Of a DNA stretch of 64,000 nt, positions 20,127 through 33,317 are shown piece by piece. Under the pieces are notes generated by a model. It saw only the letters and a program-made list of their open reading frames with translations, searched no databases and was not told the origin of the DNA. The position numbers and the translations under genes were made by a program. Origin of the DNA: Woeseiaceae bacterium. Lineage in GTDB: Bacteria > Pseudomonadota > Gammaproteobacteria > Steroidobacterales > Woeseiaceae. The stretch lies in assembly GCA_034522415.1 (NCBI GenBank), contig JAXHLH010000003.1, positions 20,088-84,087 of the forward strand, written 5' to 3'. Position 1 is the first letter of the stretch; every line of letters starts with the position of its first letter.

Positions 20127-21041
20127 ATGACACCATTGTCCGCTGTGTCCCGCGCCGGGTTTGCCGTGTACCTCGCGGTCGGCCCGTTCCTCGTCGGCGG
20201 TCCCGCCGGCGCTTCCGGCCTGCTGCCGCCGCTGCACGACACGCGCGAGGGCTGGCTTGCCGCCGGCGTTACCCGGGTGCCGGCCGCGACGCTGGCGCCG
20301 GTCGACGGCGCGGCGGCTACCGTTGCGGCCAGCGAGCAGCGGCTGTCCGCCGCGTCGTCCGAATGGCGGGCCGGACCGCTGCAGCTTCGCCTCGGTCTCG
20401 ATTACGCCTACACGCGCTACGAGTACGAGCGCGTTGCGGGCCGCAACCGCGATCTGCACCGCCTGGCGCTGCCCGTCAATTTCCGCGCTGTGGCCAGCCG
20501 GTGGGAATTCGCCGGCTACGTTGCCCCGGGCGTGGCAACGTCATCGAACGTATTCAACGAGCCGTTCACGCGCTGGTCGTCGGATGACGTCACGATCAGC
20601 GCGGCCATGGAGGCCCGCCGGGAGATCGACGGCGGCTGGCAGTGGCTGGCCGGGCTCGCGTACGACCGGCGCCTGGGCGGGCCGGGCCTGTACCCGCTGG
20701 CCGGGATACGCTACCGCGGCGGCGATGCACTGTCGTTACGCATTGCCGTTCCGGATTCTGCCGTGCGCTATGCGTTCAACGGTCACAACCGTGTAACGCT
20801 GCGCATTCGCCCCGCGGGCGAGACGTGGCACGTCGTCAGCGACGAACTGCGGGAGGAATTTGACTATCGCGCCACGGCGTATCGCGTCGAACTGACCTGG
20901 CATGCCCGCCTGTGGGGTCCGGTTGCGCTGGATATCGGCGCGGGCTACGAAACGGGCCGCGAGCACCGCTTTACCGACGATACCGCGACCCGCCTGCGTG
21001 CGGACGCCGATTCGCACTGGTTGTTTACGATCGGGCTGAGT

Positions 21042-21068
<27 letters not shown>
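20127..21068 (+). CDS. Putative outer membrane beta-barrel protein (DUF6268-like)
   Basis: Signal-like N-terminus, alternating beta strands, [24 protein letters not shown]. Confidence 0.6.
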
Positions 21069-22918
<1,850 letters not shown>

Positions 22919-23018
22919 TTCACGCGTCCGCGAGGACGTGCAATCCGATGCCGCGGCCCTTGCCGCGCACCGGCCCTGTAAGGGGCCGGACCGTGTAACG
23001 TGAATTGGACGTTCGACC

Positions 23019-25187
23019 ATGAAAATCCGTATTCGGATCCGTTGGCAGTCCCGGCCGGCGGTGCAACTGCTCGCCGGGTCCTCGGCGAAGCGCCTGGCCG
23101 TCGGCGAACACGGATGAACCGCGCGACGACAGTCACCATCAGGTCGATGAAATCACCGTCACCGCAACGCCGCTTTCGCGGACTGTCGAACAGCTGGCGC
23201 AGCCGACCTCCGTACCGCCAGTGGGCGACGACCTCACGCGCAAACAGTCCGCCAGTATCGGCGAGACCGTGTCCCAGGAAGTCGGTGTCAGCTCCACGTA
23301 TTTCGGGCCGGTTGCGTCACGGCCGGTGATCCGCGGTCAGTACGGCGAACGTGTTCGCGCCGGGTATGTGGTCGGACGGGCTGGATGCCCTCGGCGCCTC
23401 CGCGCTCAGCGAGGATCACCAGAGCGGGCTCGACAGTATCCTGGCGCAGCGCATCGAGATCATACGCGGGCCTGCCACGCTGCTCTACGGCAGCGGCGCG
23501 GCCGGCGGGATCGTGAACGTCGTCGACAATCGCATTGCCGAACAACCGCTCGAGTCTGCCCGTGACGACGGGTGGTGCGCCCTGAACGGCAATTCCGGCG
23601 CTCGGCGGCGCGGCCGGAGCCGCCCGCATCGCTTTCGGCGGCGGGCCCTGGACGTGGCAGGTCGAGCAGGACCCGCCGGCGAGGCCGGCGAGCGTCGAGA
23701 TTCCCGGCTTCGCCGAGTCGGCCGTGCTGCGTGCGCTCGAAGAAGAAGAGCACGACGAGCACGAGGAGCATGAAGGCGAGGAAGAGGAACACGGGCACGA
23801 GGAGGAAGCGTTCGGCACGGTCGAGAATTCCGACAGCGAAACCGACGGCGCGTCAATCGGTGCATCCTATGTGGCGGATCGCGGCTTCATCGGCTTTTCG
23901 ATCACGACTTTCGGCAGCAATTACGGTGTGCCGGGTCATGCGCATGAGCATGAGGAAGAAGAGCCGCCTGCCGGAGAAGAAGAGGAAGAGGAAATCGTCC
24001 GCATCGACCTCGAGCAGGTTCGATTCGACGTGCGCGGTGATCTCGAGCTGGACGGACTGATCAGCGAAGTGAAGTTTCGCGCAGCGCGCAACGATTACGA
24101 GCACACGGAGTTCGAGGGCGCCGAAGTCGGCACGCTGTACGAAACGGACGGCACCGATGCCCGCCTCGAGTTGCACCACCGGCCGACGGACACGCTGGAA
24201 GGCGCGATTGGCGTGCAGTTCAAGAGCATTGACTTCACGGCCATAGGCGACGAGGCGTTCGTGCCGCCGTCGGACACGCGGCGTACCAGCCTGTTCGCGT
24301 TCGAGGAGCTCAAGCTGAGCGACACGCTGGTCCTGCAGGGCAGCTTCCGCGCGGAGCGGCAAACGATCGACACGCCGGCGTTCACAATGGACTATTCAGA
24401 CACGGCACTGGGTGCATCCGTTGGCGCGGTCTGGACCCTGACGGACATGCTGGACCTGTCCGCCAACCTGTCGGTCACGGAACGACGCCGCCGCCGACCG
24501 AACTCTGTGCCCTCGGCGCCGTCACACGGCGACGTTGCAGCCGGCTGCGACGCGGCCTCGGTCGCGCTGGGCGACGGCATCCTGGACAAGGAAACGTCGA
24601 CCAACCTCGATGTCACGCTGCGCGGTGGTGACGGCCCGTTCGAATGGACCGTTACCGGCTGGATGAACTCGGCCGACGATTATATCCTGGCGCAGCCGAC
24701 GGGAGCCGAGGAGGACGGTTTCCAGGTATTCGAATACCGGCAGCGCGACGTGGACCTCTATGGCGCCGAGGTGGAAGCGCGCATCGAAATGTTCGACGGG
24801 CCAGTCGGGCACTTGCACGGCAGGCTGTTCAGCGATTTCGTGCACGCCGAGGAAAGTGCAAGCGGCGCCTACGTTGCACGCATGCCGCCGCTACGCGTCG
24901 GGGGCGGACTGCACTTCACTCGTGACGCGCTGGAAGCGTCGATCTCCGCAACCTGGCATGCCGACCAGGACAACACGGCGCCGAATGAATTGCGAACCGA
25001 CGGTTACGCGTTGTTGAGCGCGGAGGAGCTGTCCTGGTTCATGCAGGACCAGGGCGATATCCCTGTACCTGCGGGGCAGCGAACCTGTCGGCGGACGCAG
25101 GACGCGCGACGGCGTGCGTCGCCGCTGAAAGACACGGTGCCGCTGCGGGGCCGGGCGTTGCACGCCGGCCTGCGCTGGATTTTCTGA
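23019..25187 (+). CDS. TonB-dependent receptor, ZnuD-like with His/Glu-rich inserts (multiple frameshifts)
   Basis: DEITVTATPL TonB-box region, SIGETV..GVSSTYFGPVASRPVIRG, RIEIIRGPATLLYGSGAAGGIVNVVD, EEEEHDEHEEHEGEEEEHGHEEE, C-terminal GLRWIF. Confidence 0.88.
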
Positions 25188-25193
25188 CGACGA

Positions 25194-25249
25194 GGCGGCG
25201 ATGGTCCCGTCGCCGCCACGCGCGCCGCCGCATCTGTCCAGCGGCGGCG
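25194..25249 (+). terminator. Two GC-rich hairpins downstream of the TonB receptor
   Basis: GGCGGCGATGG/CCGTCGCCGCC (25194-25217) and CGCCGCCGC/GCGGCGGCG (25223-25249). No U-tract, so the function is uncertain. Confidence 0.4.
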
Positions 25250-25354
25250 GTGGCGTGTCCCGGGTCTTTCGCTGTCGTGCTGCCTTCGGCGGCATGCTGG
25301 CGGGATCGCGGGCAAGGTCGCCGGGTCTCTCCGCTACCGAGCCGGGTTCTGTGG

Positions 25355-26690
25355 ATGATCCGTCTCTGCCCGGCCGCACCGCGGCCGTGCGCGTCGCCGA
25401 GCCTGCTGCTGGCGCATGCCGCCGACGCGGCAACGCGCGCGTTCGTCGGCGCGACGCTCCTGCCCACCCCCGAAAGCCGGATAGATAATGGCGTGCTCAT
25501 CGTGACCGACGGCAAGATCGACGTTGTCGGCGAAGCGGGGCGCGTCCGGAGTTCCGCGCGATGCCGAGGTCGTCGACGTTGCCGGGCTGGCGATCACGCC
25601 GGGCCTGGTCGACGCGCAGTCATATCGGCGGAGGTGGCCAGCGCGCCGACCGTTCCGGGCCGATACAACCCGAGGTGCGCGTGCTCGACTCGATCAACGT
25701 GCGCGACGCCGGGTTCAAGCGCGCACTGGCGGGTGGCATCACGACCGTCAACCTGATGTCCGGCTCCGGTCACCTGATGAGCGGCCAGACGATCTACGTC
25801 AAGCTGCGCGAGGGCAACTCCATCGAGTCCATCGCCTATAGCCGTGACGATGGCCGTGTCGACGGCGGCATGAAGATGGCGAACGGCACCAACCCGCGCG
25901 GCGAGGCACCGTTTCCCGGGACCCGCGCCAAGTCGGCGGCGCTGATTCGCCAGAAGTACGTCGCTGCCCGGGAATACATGGAGAAGGTGGAACGCGCCGA
26001 CGGCGATCCGGACGAAATGCCCGGGCGCGACCTCGGCATGGAGGCGCTGGTCGAGGTCCTCAGGGGCCAGGTCGCCGCGTCGCGCAGTCGCCGCCGCGCA
26101 CCGGCACGAACGACATCCTGACCCGCGCCGAGGTCGAAGAGGAGTTGCCGCCCGTCGCGCTGCAGCTCGACGTCAGCGAGGCAAGCCGGGTCGCCGCGGA
26201 AATCGCCGCGGCGCAGGTGCCGGTGTCCCTGATTATCGTCGACAGCCCCGGCGGCAAGCTCGAGGCGCGGAATCTGGGACTTCCGCCGATGCGCCGGCGC
26301 TGGAAGAGGCGGGCGCGGGTAGACCGAACTCTGCACACCGATGACTACATCACCGATTCGCGCTTGTTCCTGCGCATGGCGGGACTCGCGGTGCGCGCCG
26401 GCATGAGCCGCGAGGCGGCGCTCAATGCGCTGACGATGGCCGGCGCCGAAATGCTGGCGCTGGATGATCGCATCGGCTCGCTGCAACGCGGCAAGGACGC
26501 GGACTTCGTCGTGCTCTCCGGCGACCCGCTGAGCGTCTACACCCGGGTGCTCGAGACGTGGGTCGAGGGCGTGCGCCATTTCGACCTCGACGATGCGGAG
26601 GATCTGCGCCGTCGCAAATGGCGGCTATGGCGCGCTGGTGCCGTCCGTCGTAGTGATTGCTCCATGGCCAGGTCAGGAGGGTCAGCCGAA
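25355..26690 (+). CDS. Secreted amidohydrolase family protein 1 (heavily frameshifted)
   Basis: ITPGLVDA.SHIG, GGITTVNLMSGSG, MKMANGTNP, HTDD, RIGSLQRGKDADFVVLSGDPL. Boundaries approximate. Confidence 0.8.
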
Positions 26691-27936
26691 TGGAGCGCGC
26701 CTGACGAAACGCTTGCCGGCGGCACTCGCGCTGGCGCTCGTTGCCGTTTCCGCGGTCCAGGCGGCGGACATCGCGGTACGCGGCGGCACGGTTTACCCGG
26801 TAACGGGCGCGCCGATAACGGATGGCGTGGTGGTCATTCGCGATGGCACGATCGCTGCCGTCGGGCCCGCCGCCGACGTGCAAATCCCGGCCGGCATGAC
26901 CGTTGTCGAGGCGGCTGTCGTGACGCCCGGCCTCATCGACGCCCATACCGTGGTTGGCATGGCGGGCTATCTCAACCAGGAAGACGACCAGGACCAGCTC
27001 GAACGTTCGGAGGCCATGCAGCCCGAGTTGCGCGCCATCGATGCGTACAACGCGCGCGCGCCGCTGATCGAGTGGTTGCGCGGCTTCGGAGTGACGACGA
27101 TTCATTCGGGGCACGGGCCCGGCGAAATCATTTCCGGCCAGACGCTGCTTGCAAAAACGACCGGCGACACGGTCGCAGAAGCCGTGTTCGAGCCCGCGGC
27201 GATGGTTGCCGCGACGCTGGGCGAGGGGGCCGTGATGGCCGGGGACGAGGGGCGCAAGTCGCCCGGCAATCGCAGCAAGGTGGCCGCGATGCTGCGCGCG
27301 GAATTGCTCGCAGCGCGGGCGTATCTCGAGCAGCGGGACGCGGCGGCGGATGACGATGACGTCGAACCGCCTGCTCGCGACCTGCGCAAGGAGACGCTGG
27401 CGGAGGTGCTCGCCGGCAACATGCCGTTGCTCGTCACGGTTCAGCGCCACCATGACATCGTGACCGCCCTGCGAATTGCCGGGGAGTTCGGCATACGCCT
27501 CGTGCTCGATGGCGCCGCCGAGAGTTACCTGCTCATCGACGAAATCCGCGCGGCCGGGGTTCCGGTGATCCTGCATCCGGCAATGGCGCGCGCGAGTGGC
27601 GAACGGGAGAACATGGCATTCACGACGGCGGCAAAGCTCGTGGATGCCGGCATTCCCGTGGCATTCCAGAGCGGCTACGAAAGCTACGTTCCGAAGACCC
27701 GCGTCGTGCTGTTCGAGGCGGCACAAACGCTGCCGCACGGCCTGTCGTTCGAGCAGGCGCTGGCCGCGGTGACGATCGATGCGGCCCGCATCCTCGGCAT
27801 CGAGGACCGCGTCGGCAGCATCGAGGTCGGCAAGGACGGGGACCTGGCCCTGTACGACGGCGATCCGTTCGAGTACACGAGCCACGCCATCGGCACGATC
27901 ATCGAGGGCGTCCGGGTCAGCAAGATCGAGCGATGA
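26690..27936 (+). CDS. Secreted amidohydrolase family protein 2
   Basis: Signal peptide, TPGLIDAHT, GVTTIH, RVGSIEVGKDGDLALYDGDPF. AGGAGG RBS before ATG 26690 (needs one indel to be in frame). Confidence 0.88.
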
Positions 27937-29081
27937 GCCGAACCGCGGCGGAGACCGCGGCCGCCGCCATCGGGCGTACAATGGACCCTGGCGTCGCGGC
28001 GCGTTACAGCCGATATGTCGAGTTCATGAAACAGCCCATCCATTACGTGCGAACTGCCGACGGGATTTCGCTGGCCTGGGCCCGCTCGGGCCGGGGGCCG
28101 CAGCTGGCGCGCGCGTCCAACTGGCTCACGCACCTGGAGTACGACTGGGAAAGCCCGGTCTGGACGCACTGGACCCGGTTTCTCGCGCAGCATTTCAGCT
28201 ACGTACGCTATGACGAACGCGGCTGCGGCATGACGGACTGGAAAGTCGGTGAGTTGTCGCTCGATCAGTGGGTCACCGACCTGGAGACCGTGGTCGACGC
28301 CGCCGGCATGGATGACAGGATTACGCTGTTCGGCGTGAGCCAGGGAGCGGCGGTTGCCATCGCGTATGCGGTACGGCACCCAGAGCGTGTCGCCACGCTG
28401 ATACTTTACGGCGGCTACGCGATCGGCGCGCGCTGGCGCGAGGATGCCGATCACGTGGCGGCGTACCGGGCGATGCAGGAACTGGCCCGTATCGGCTGGC
28501 AAAAGCCCAACCCGGCGTTCCGGCAGGTGTTCACGTCGCGCTTCATCCCGGAAGGCACGGAAGAGCAGGTGCGCTGGTTCAACGACCTTTGCCAGCGCAC
28601 GACCACGCCGGAGATCGCCTACCAGTTGCTCGCGGCGCGCGCCGAGGTCGACATACGACCTCTCCTGCAGCACGTTGCGGCGCCGACGCTCGTGTTGCAC
28701 GGGACCGGCGACGAGGTCGTGCCGGCGAGCGAGGGGCGGCGGCTGGCAGCGGGGATTCCCGGTGCGAGCTTCGTACCGCTCGATTCACGCAACCATGTCT
28801 TGCTGGCTGACGAACCCGCCTGGCAGGATTTCAAGGATGCCGTGCTCGAATTCACCGGCCTTGCCGGGACCGGCGGCGAAGCGGACATCGACGCACTGAC
28901 CGCGCGCGAGCGCGATGTTTTTCGTCTGTTGTGCGCCGGCAGCGCCAACGCGCGCATCGCCGGGGACCTGGGCATCGCCGAGAAAACGGTCCGCAACCAC
29001 GTCTCGCGCATCTACGAGAAGCTGGGTGTTCGCAGCCGTGCCGAAGCACTGGTCATGGCACGCCGGAAAAATTACGTCTGA
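27933..29081 (+). CDS. Alpha/beta hydrolase fused to a LuxR-type HTH
   Basis: GVSQG elbow, Asp in GDEVVP, His in SRNHVL; C-terminal LTARERDV..IAEKTVRNHVSRIYEKLGVRSRAEA. Confidence 0.9.
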   Translation: MSRTAAETAAAAIGRTMDPGVAARYSRYVEFMKQPIHYVRTADGISLAWARSGRGPQLARASNWLTHLEYDWESPVWTHWTRFLAQHFSYVRYDERGCGMTDWKVGELSLDQWVTDLETVVDAAGMDDRITLFGVSQGAAVAIAYAVRHPERVATLILYGGYAIGARWREDADHVAAYRAMQELARIGWQKPNPAFRQVFTSRFIPEGTEEQVRWFNDLCQRTTTPEIAYQLLAARAEVDIRPLLQHVAAPTLVLHGTGDEVVPASEGRRLAAGIPGASFVPLDSRNHVLLADEPAWQDFKDAVLEFTGLAGTGGEADIDALTARERDVFRLLCAGSANARIAGDLGIAEKTVRNHVSRIYEKLGVRSRAEALVMARRKNYV

Positions 29082-29082
29082 G

Positions 29083-29139
29083 CCGGGACGTATGTCCCGG
29101 TAATTCCGCCGATGCATTGATGACAGGGACACTCTTCCT
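29083..29139. promoter_or_regulatory. Paired GGGAC-N4-GTCCC-like palindromes upstream of mddA
   Basis: CCGGGAC-GTAT-GTCCCGG (29083-29100) and degenerate GGGAC-ACTC-TTCCT (29126-29139), 41 bp apart. Confidence 0.5.
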
Positions 29140-29218
29140 ATCGTCCGCGCCGGCCGCCGGGTACACAATCGGGGCTTTGAATTCACTGCCGATGCCGCAG
29201 GCACGGAGGTACGACATC

Positions 29219-30007
29219 ATGGCCCGCGTGTTTACCCTGTTATTCAGCCTTACCAGCTATTGCCTGTTCCTGCTGGTGTTTCTTTACCTGATCGCGTTTC
29301 TCGGCAATTTCCAGCAAACGGCGCTGGCCGATGCGGTACCGCTCATCGACCGCGTGGTCGTCTATTCGATAGATACCGGCAGGGCAGCACCGGGCTTCAT
29401 CGAGGCTCTGGCCGTGAACCTGGGACTCATCGCGCTTTTCGGCCTGCAGCATTCGGTCATGGCGCGGCAGGGCTTCAAGCGCGCCTGGACCCGTGTCGTG
29501 CCCCAACCCGCGGAGCGCAGCGTTTACGTCCTGTTGTCCAGCGTCGTTCTGGCGCTGGTCATCTGGCAGTGGCGGCCGATGCCGACGCCGGTGCTGTGGG
29601 CAGCGGATGCGATGTGGTCCGCAGCCATCGGCTGGTCTGTCATGGCGCTCGGCATTCTCATTCTCCTGTGGTCGACGTTTCTCATCGACCATTTCGACCT
29701 GTTCGGCCTGAAGCAGGCCTGGGCGCGCTTCCGCGAGCGTCCTGTCGAGCCGCCGCGTTTCATGACGCCGATGCTGTATCGAATCGTCCGGCACCCGCTG
29801 TATGTCGGCTGGTTCCTGATTTTCTGGGGGACGCCCCGTATGAGTCTCGGGCACCTGTTGTTCGCGGCCGGCATGAGCGCCTATATCTTCGTGGCGATTC
29901 GTTACGAGGAGCGCGATCTCGTGTCGTTCCACGGCGAGAAATACGAGCAGTACCGGCAACAGGTACCGATGGTCGTGCCGGTGCCCGGCCGTCACTACAA
30001 CGGCTGA
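29219..30007 (+). CDS. mddA: Methanethiol S-methyltransferase
   Basis: LQHSVMARQGFKRAWT..AERSVYVL, STFLIDHFDLFGL, YRIVRHPLY, EERDLV; GGAGG RBS. Confidence 0.88.
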   Translation: MARVFTLLFSLTSYCLFLLVFLYLIAFLGNFQQTALADAVPLIDRVVVYSIDTGRAAPGFIEALAVNLGLIALFGLQHSVMARQGFKRAWTRVVPQPAERSVYVLLSSVVLALVIWQWRPMPTPVLWAADAMWSAAIGWSVMALGILILLWSTFLIDHFDLFGLKQAWARFRERPVEPPRFMTPMLYRIVRHPLYVGWFLIFWGTPRMSLGHLLFAAGMSAYIFVAIRYEERDLVSFHGEKYEQYRQQVPMVVPVPGRHYNG

Positions 30008-30192
30008 CTCCCGCGCTCACCGCGCCGGATGCGGTGTCCGGCGTGCTCGTGTATTCTGGTCGCCCTGCACGCCCTGTGCACGGTTTATGCGCTGCCGCTC
30101 GTATTCATTATGTGAAAACCGGGTGTACGCCGGCCGCGGTAGCCGCAGCATCCGTGCCGGGCACGGAACGGCAAGAGCTGGGTCCACGGACG

Positions 30193-30678
30193 ATGGATAC
30201 GACTTCGGAAGCGCCTATCCGGGTGCTGGTAGCGGACGACGACGCGCTGATTCTCAAGTGTTACCGGCGAGCGCTCGCACACGCGCCTGCAGCCGGCGCG
30301 GACCTCGAATCGCTGTCCGAAGAACTGTTCGACTCGACGGCAAAAAGTACGCCGCAGCCGGCATTCGAATTGGTCGAGTGCAGCCAGGGCAATGAGGCAC
30401 TGGCGGCGGCGGAGGCCGCCATGGCCGAAGACGAGCCGTTTGACGTCGTCGTTCTCGATGTGCGGATGCCGCCCGGCATTAACGGCGTCGAGGTCGGGGA
30501 ACGAATCCGTCGTGCCGATCCGGAGGTACCGATCGTGTTTGTCAGCGGCTACTCGGACGTGTCGCACCAGGAACTGGCGCGCCGCGTGCCGCCGGCGTCG
30601 CGGCTGCATGTCTACGCCAAGCCGCTGTCCTTCAAGTCACTGGCCCGGGATATCGCGACGATCGTGCGCAAGATGTAG
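30193..30678 (+). CDS. Single-domain response regulator
   Basis: VLVADDD, VLDVRMPPG, VFVSGYSD and KP motifs. Confidence 0.9.
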   Translation: MDTTSEAPIRVLVADDDALILKCYRRALAHAPAAGADLESLSEELFDSTAKSTPQPAFELVECSQGNEALAAAEAAMAEDEPFDVVVLDVRMPPGINGVEVGERIRRADPEVPIVFVSGYSDVSHQELARRVPPASRLHVYAKPLSFKSLARDIATIVRKM

Positions 30679-30682
30679 CGCG

Positions 30683-32597
30683 TTAGCTCGCAGCCAGGGT
30701 TACGTCGTCGGCGAGATCCGGGGCTGCTACCGCCGGCAACCGGATGTGAACCGTTGCACCTGTGCCAGCCCCGTCGCTTTCGATTTCTATGGCGCCGCCG
30801 ATTGCGCCGACCGCGTTTGCACACCAGTGCAGGCCCATGCCGTGTCCCGGGACCGTTTTTGACGTAAACCCTCTCTGGAATATCTGCGTAATGTGCGCAG
30901 GATCGACGCCGGCGCCGTTGTCGCTGATGGACAGCCGCACAAAAGCCGCATCCCCGTCGCGCTCTGTAGTTGCGTTTACGGCAATGTGAGCACGCGGGCG
31001 GCCCGCGCGTTCGACCGACTCAAAGGCATTCAGCATGACGTTGCCGAGGATCTGCAGCAGGTGCACGCGATTGGCCATGACGAACGTATCGGCCAGTGCG
31101 GGCGCAATGTGCAGATCGATGCCGGTGTGCCGAGTCGCGGGGAGGATGGCCGCCGCCTCGGACACAAGCTCGGCAAGATCAAGCCGTTCCTGCAGGGGCT
31201 GGAAGCGTGCGACTTTCTCCTGGCCGGTGAGTATGTCCTCCACGAGTCGTAGCTGCCGGCTGATCAGGTTAACGTCATCGGTTGCATCGCTGCCCGCGCC
31301 CGAGATTCTCGCGGCCGCGGCGTGCATGTACTGCAACAAGGCTTTGCGCCGGTCTTCCGGGCAGGCGGGGTCGGCGAGTTCTTCGGCTGCCCGGGCCAGT
31401 CGCAGTGCGTTGATTTCCTGCAATGCGCCGGATAGATTTTCCGTGACATTGACTACCGGCGTCATGGCGTTGCGCACATTGTGCAGGACATCGGTCGCCG
31501 TGTCGGCCCGTCCGGCCCTGAACGACTGCTCGACCAGTTGCCGACGTACCTGCTGCAACTCCTCGGTCAGGGCATTGAATGCCTGGCCCAGCCGGCCGAT
31601 CTCGTCGTCACGGTCCGGTGCAATACGCGCGGACAAGTCCCCGCTGCGGCGGATGCCGGCCATGTGTGCCGCCAGCCGTTCCAGGCGTCCCACGATATCC
31701 TTGCGGATTATCAGCCAGGTCAGACCGAGCAACACCAGCGCCATGGCGACGAACAGCTGCAGCGCGAGATTTGCCGCCTCCTGGCCCAGCATCGTCACCT
31801 CGCGTGCCGTACTCGAGACGAGGACACCCAGCGGATCGCCGTTGATATCCATCAGCTGTCGGTACGAGCGAACATCCTGTTCGTCCGTGGTGTGCACCGG
31901 AATGTCGTCGGTCGTGGACTGTAGCTCGGTTAATACCGCGGGTATCGCTGCGACCGCGTCCCGCATCGGAACTATGTCGAACGGTACCTTGATCTGATCG
32001 CGCAGATTCTGCGAGACGATCGGCCGTCAGTATCCGGCCCATCAGGATCGTGCCGTTCACGGGCCCGATGTCGGCTTCTCCGACAAGTGGCATCGATACC
32101 AGCAGCATGGGGCCGCGGGCCGTCATCAACAGGCCGGAATTGACGCTGTCGGGCCCGGGGTGCGCCGTCAGCGTGTCATAGAGGGGGTCGTCACTGCCAA
32201 GTCGACCGAGCGAGTCGATATTCGAAAACTGGCCCTCGTCGATGTAGCCGCTCCAGAGCAGTTGTCCATCGCCATCGAAGAACTGCAACAACTCGATCTC
32301 GATATTGCGTAGCGTGTTGAGATCAACGTTTGCCCAGATAAAATCCGCGTTCTCACCCGTTGCAAATGCATTGGGCTCGTCCCACGGTGCCCAGTCGCCG
32401 GCGATCGCCTTCAGCTGCTGCTGCTGGTTTTCGATTGCCAGGCTAGCGCGGTCCAGGTCAGCGGCGGCGACATTGGTCTCGAGCGTCCGGAATGCCGGCG
32501 CGATTGCGAATTGCAGGATGAGGAGGCTGGCGATACCCGACACGGTGAGCATGAGGGCCAGGATGATCGACAGCCGGTGGTTGAGAGACCTGGTCAT
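30683..32597 (-). CDS. CHASE4-HAMP sensor histidine kinase (frameshift near 32000)
   Basis: TM, DWAPWDE (CHASE4), DEIGRLGQAFN (HAMP), VLHNVRN H-box, DNGAG, GFTSK, GMGLH. Confidence 0.88.
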
Positions 32598-32858
32598 TTA
32601 CGGGTTGCCTGGCACGCCTGCTGGCTGTGTCGCCGGGAGTCGCCATACCGTGGGCGCCGGCCGGAGGGAGAATATCCGCGGGATTCTACTTGTCGCGGGC
32701 GAAACCGTCTGTGAACGGGCTCGCGGTCCGGCCATCCCGGGTCAGGCAGCGGAATGCCGGCGGGACCCGGCGTTTCGCAGCCTGTACGTGGTAGTTCCGA
32801 TGTCATCTGTACTGCACTCCCGACTGTTGCAGTCGCAATCGAATGCGTGGGAGGGGAC

Positions 32859-33317
32859 GTGATCGAATTTCAATTGAACGGCAAAGCCGTTACGTCGGAG
32901 AGTCCCGACGACACACCGTTGTTGTGGGTCGTTCGTGACGAACTCAAACTGAAGGGCACGAAGTTCGGCTGCGGGATCGCGATGTGCGGCGCCTGCACCG
33001 TGCACCTCGACGGCACCGCGATACGCGCCTGCGTCACGCCGGTGAGCGCGGCCGCCGGCAAGTCGGTGACGACTATCGAGGGCCTGTCGTCAGCGACCGG
33101 CGAGGCGCTCAAGCAAGCGTGGGTCGCCGAGCAGGTGCCGCAATGCGGTTATTGCCAGTCCGGCCAGATCATGCAGGCCGCGAGCCTGCTGGCGGACAAT
33201 GCCGCCCCCAGCGACGCGCAGATTGTCGAGGCCATGAACGGCAACCTGTGCCGCTGCATGGCGTACACGCGGATCAGGAAAGCGATCAGGGCCGCCGCCG
33301 GCGGGCAGGAGGCATGA
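32859..33317 (+). CDS. iorA: Isoquinoline 1-oxidoreductase-like alpha subunit (2Fe-2S)
   Basis: [25 protein letters not shown] and NLCRC motifs. Confidence 0.9.
   Translation: MIEFQLNGKAVTSESPDDTPLLWVVRDELKLKGTKFGCGIAMCGACTVHLDGTAIRACVTPVSAAAGKSVTTIEGLSSATGEALKQAWVAEQVPQCGYCQSGQIMQAASLLADNAAPSDAQIVEAMNGNLCRCMAYTRIRKAIRAAAGGQEA

Noticed and set aside
29260-30678. 472-aa ORF joining a long N-terminus to the response regulator
   Set aside because: The N-terminal part is an off-frame overlap of mddA; the receiver domain starts at ATG 30193.
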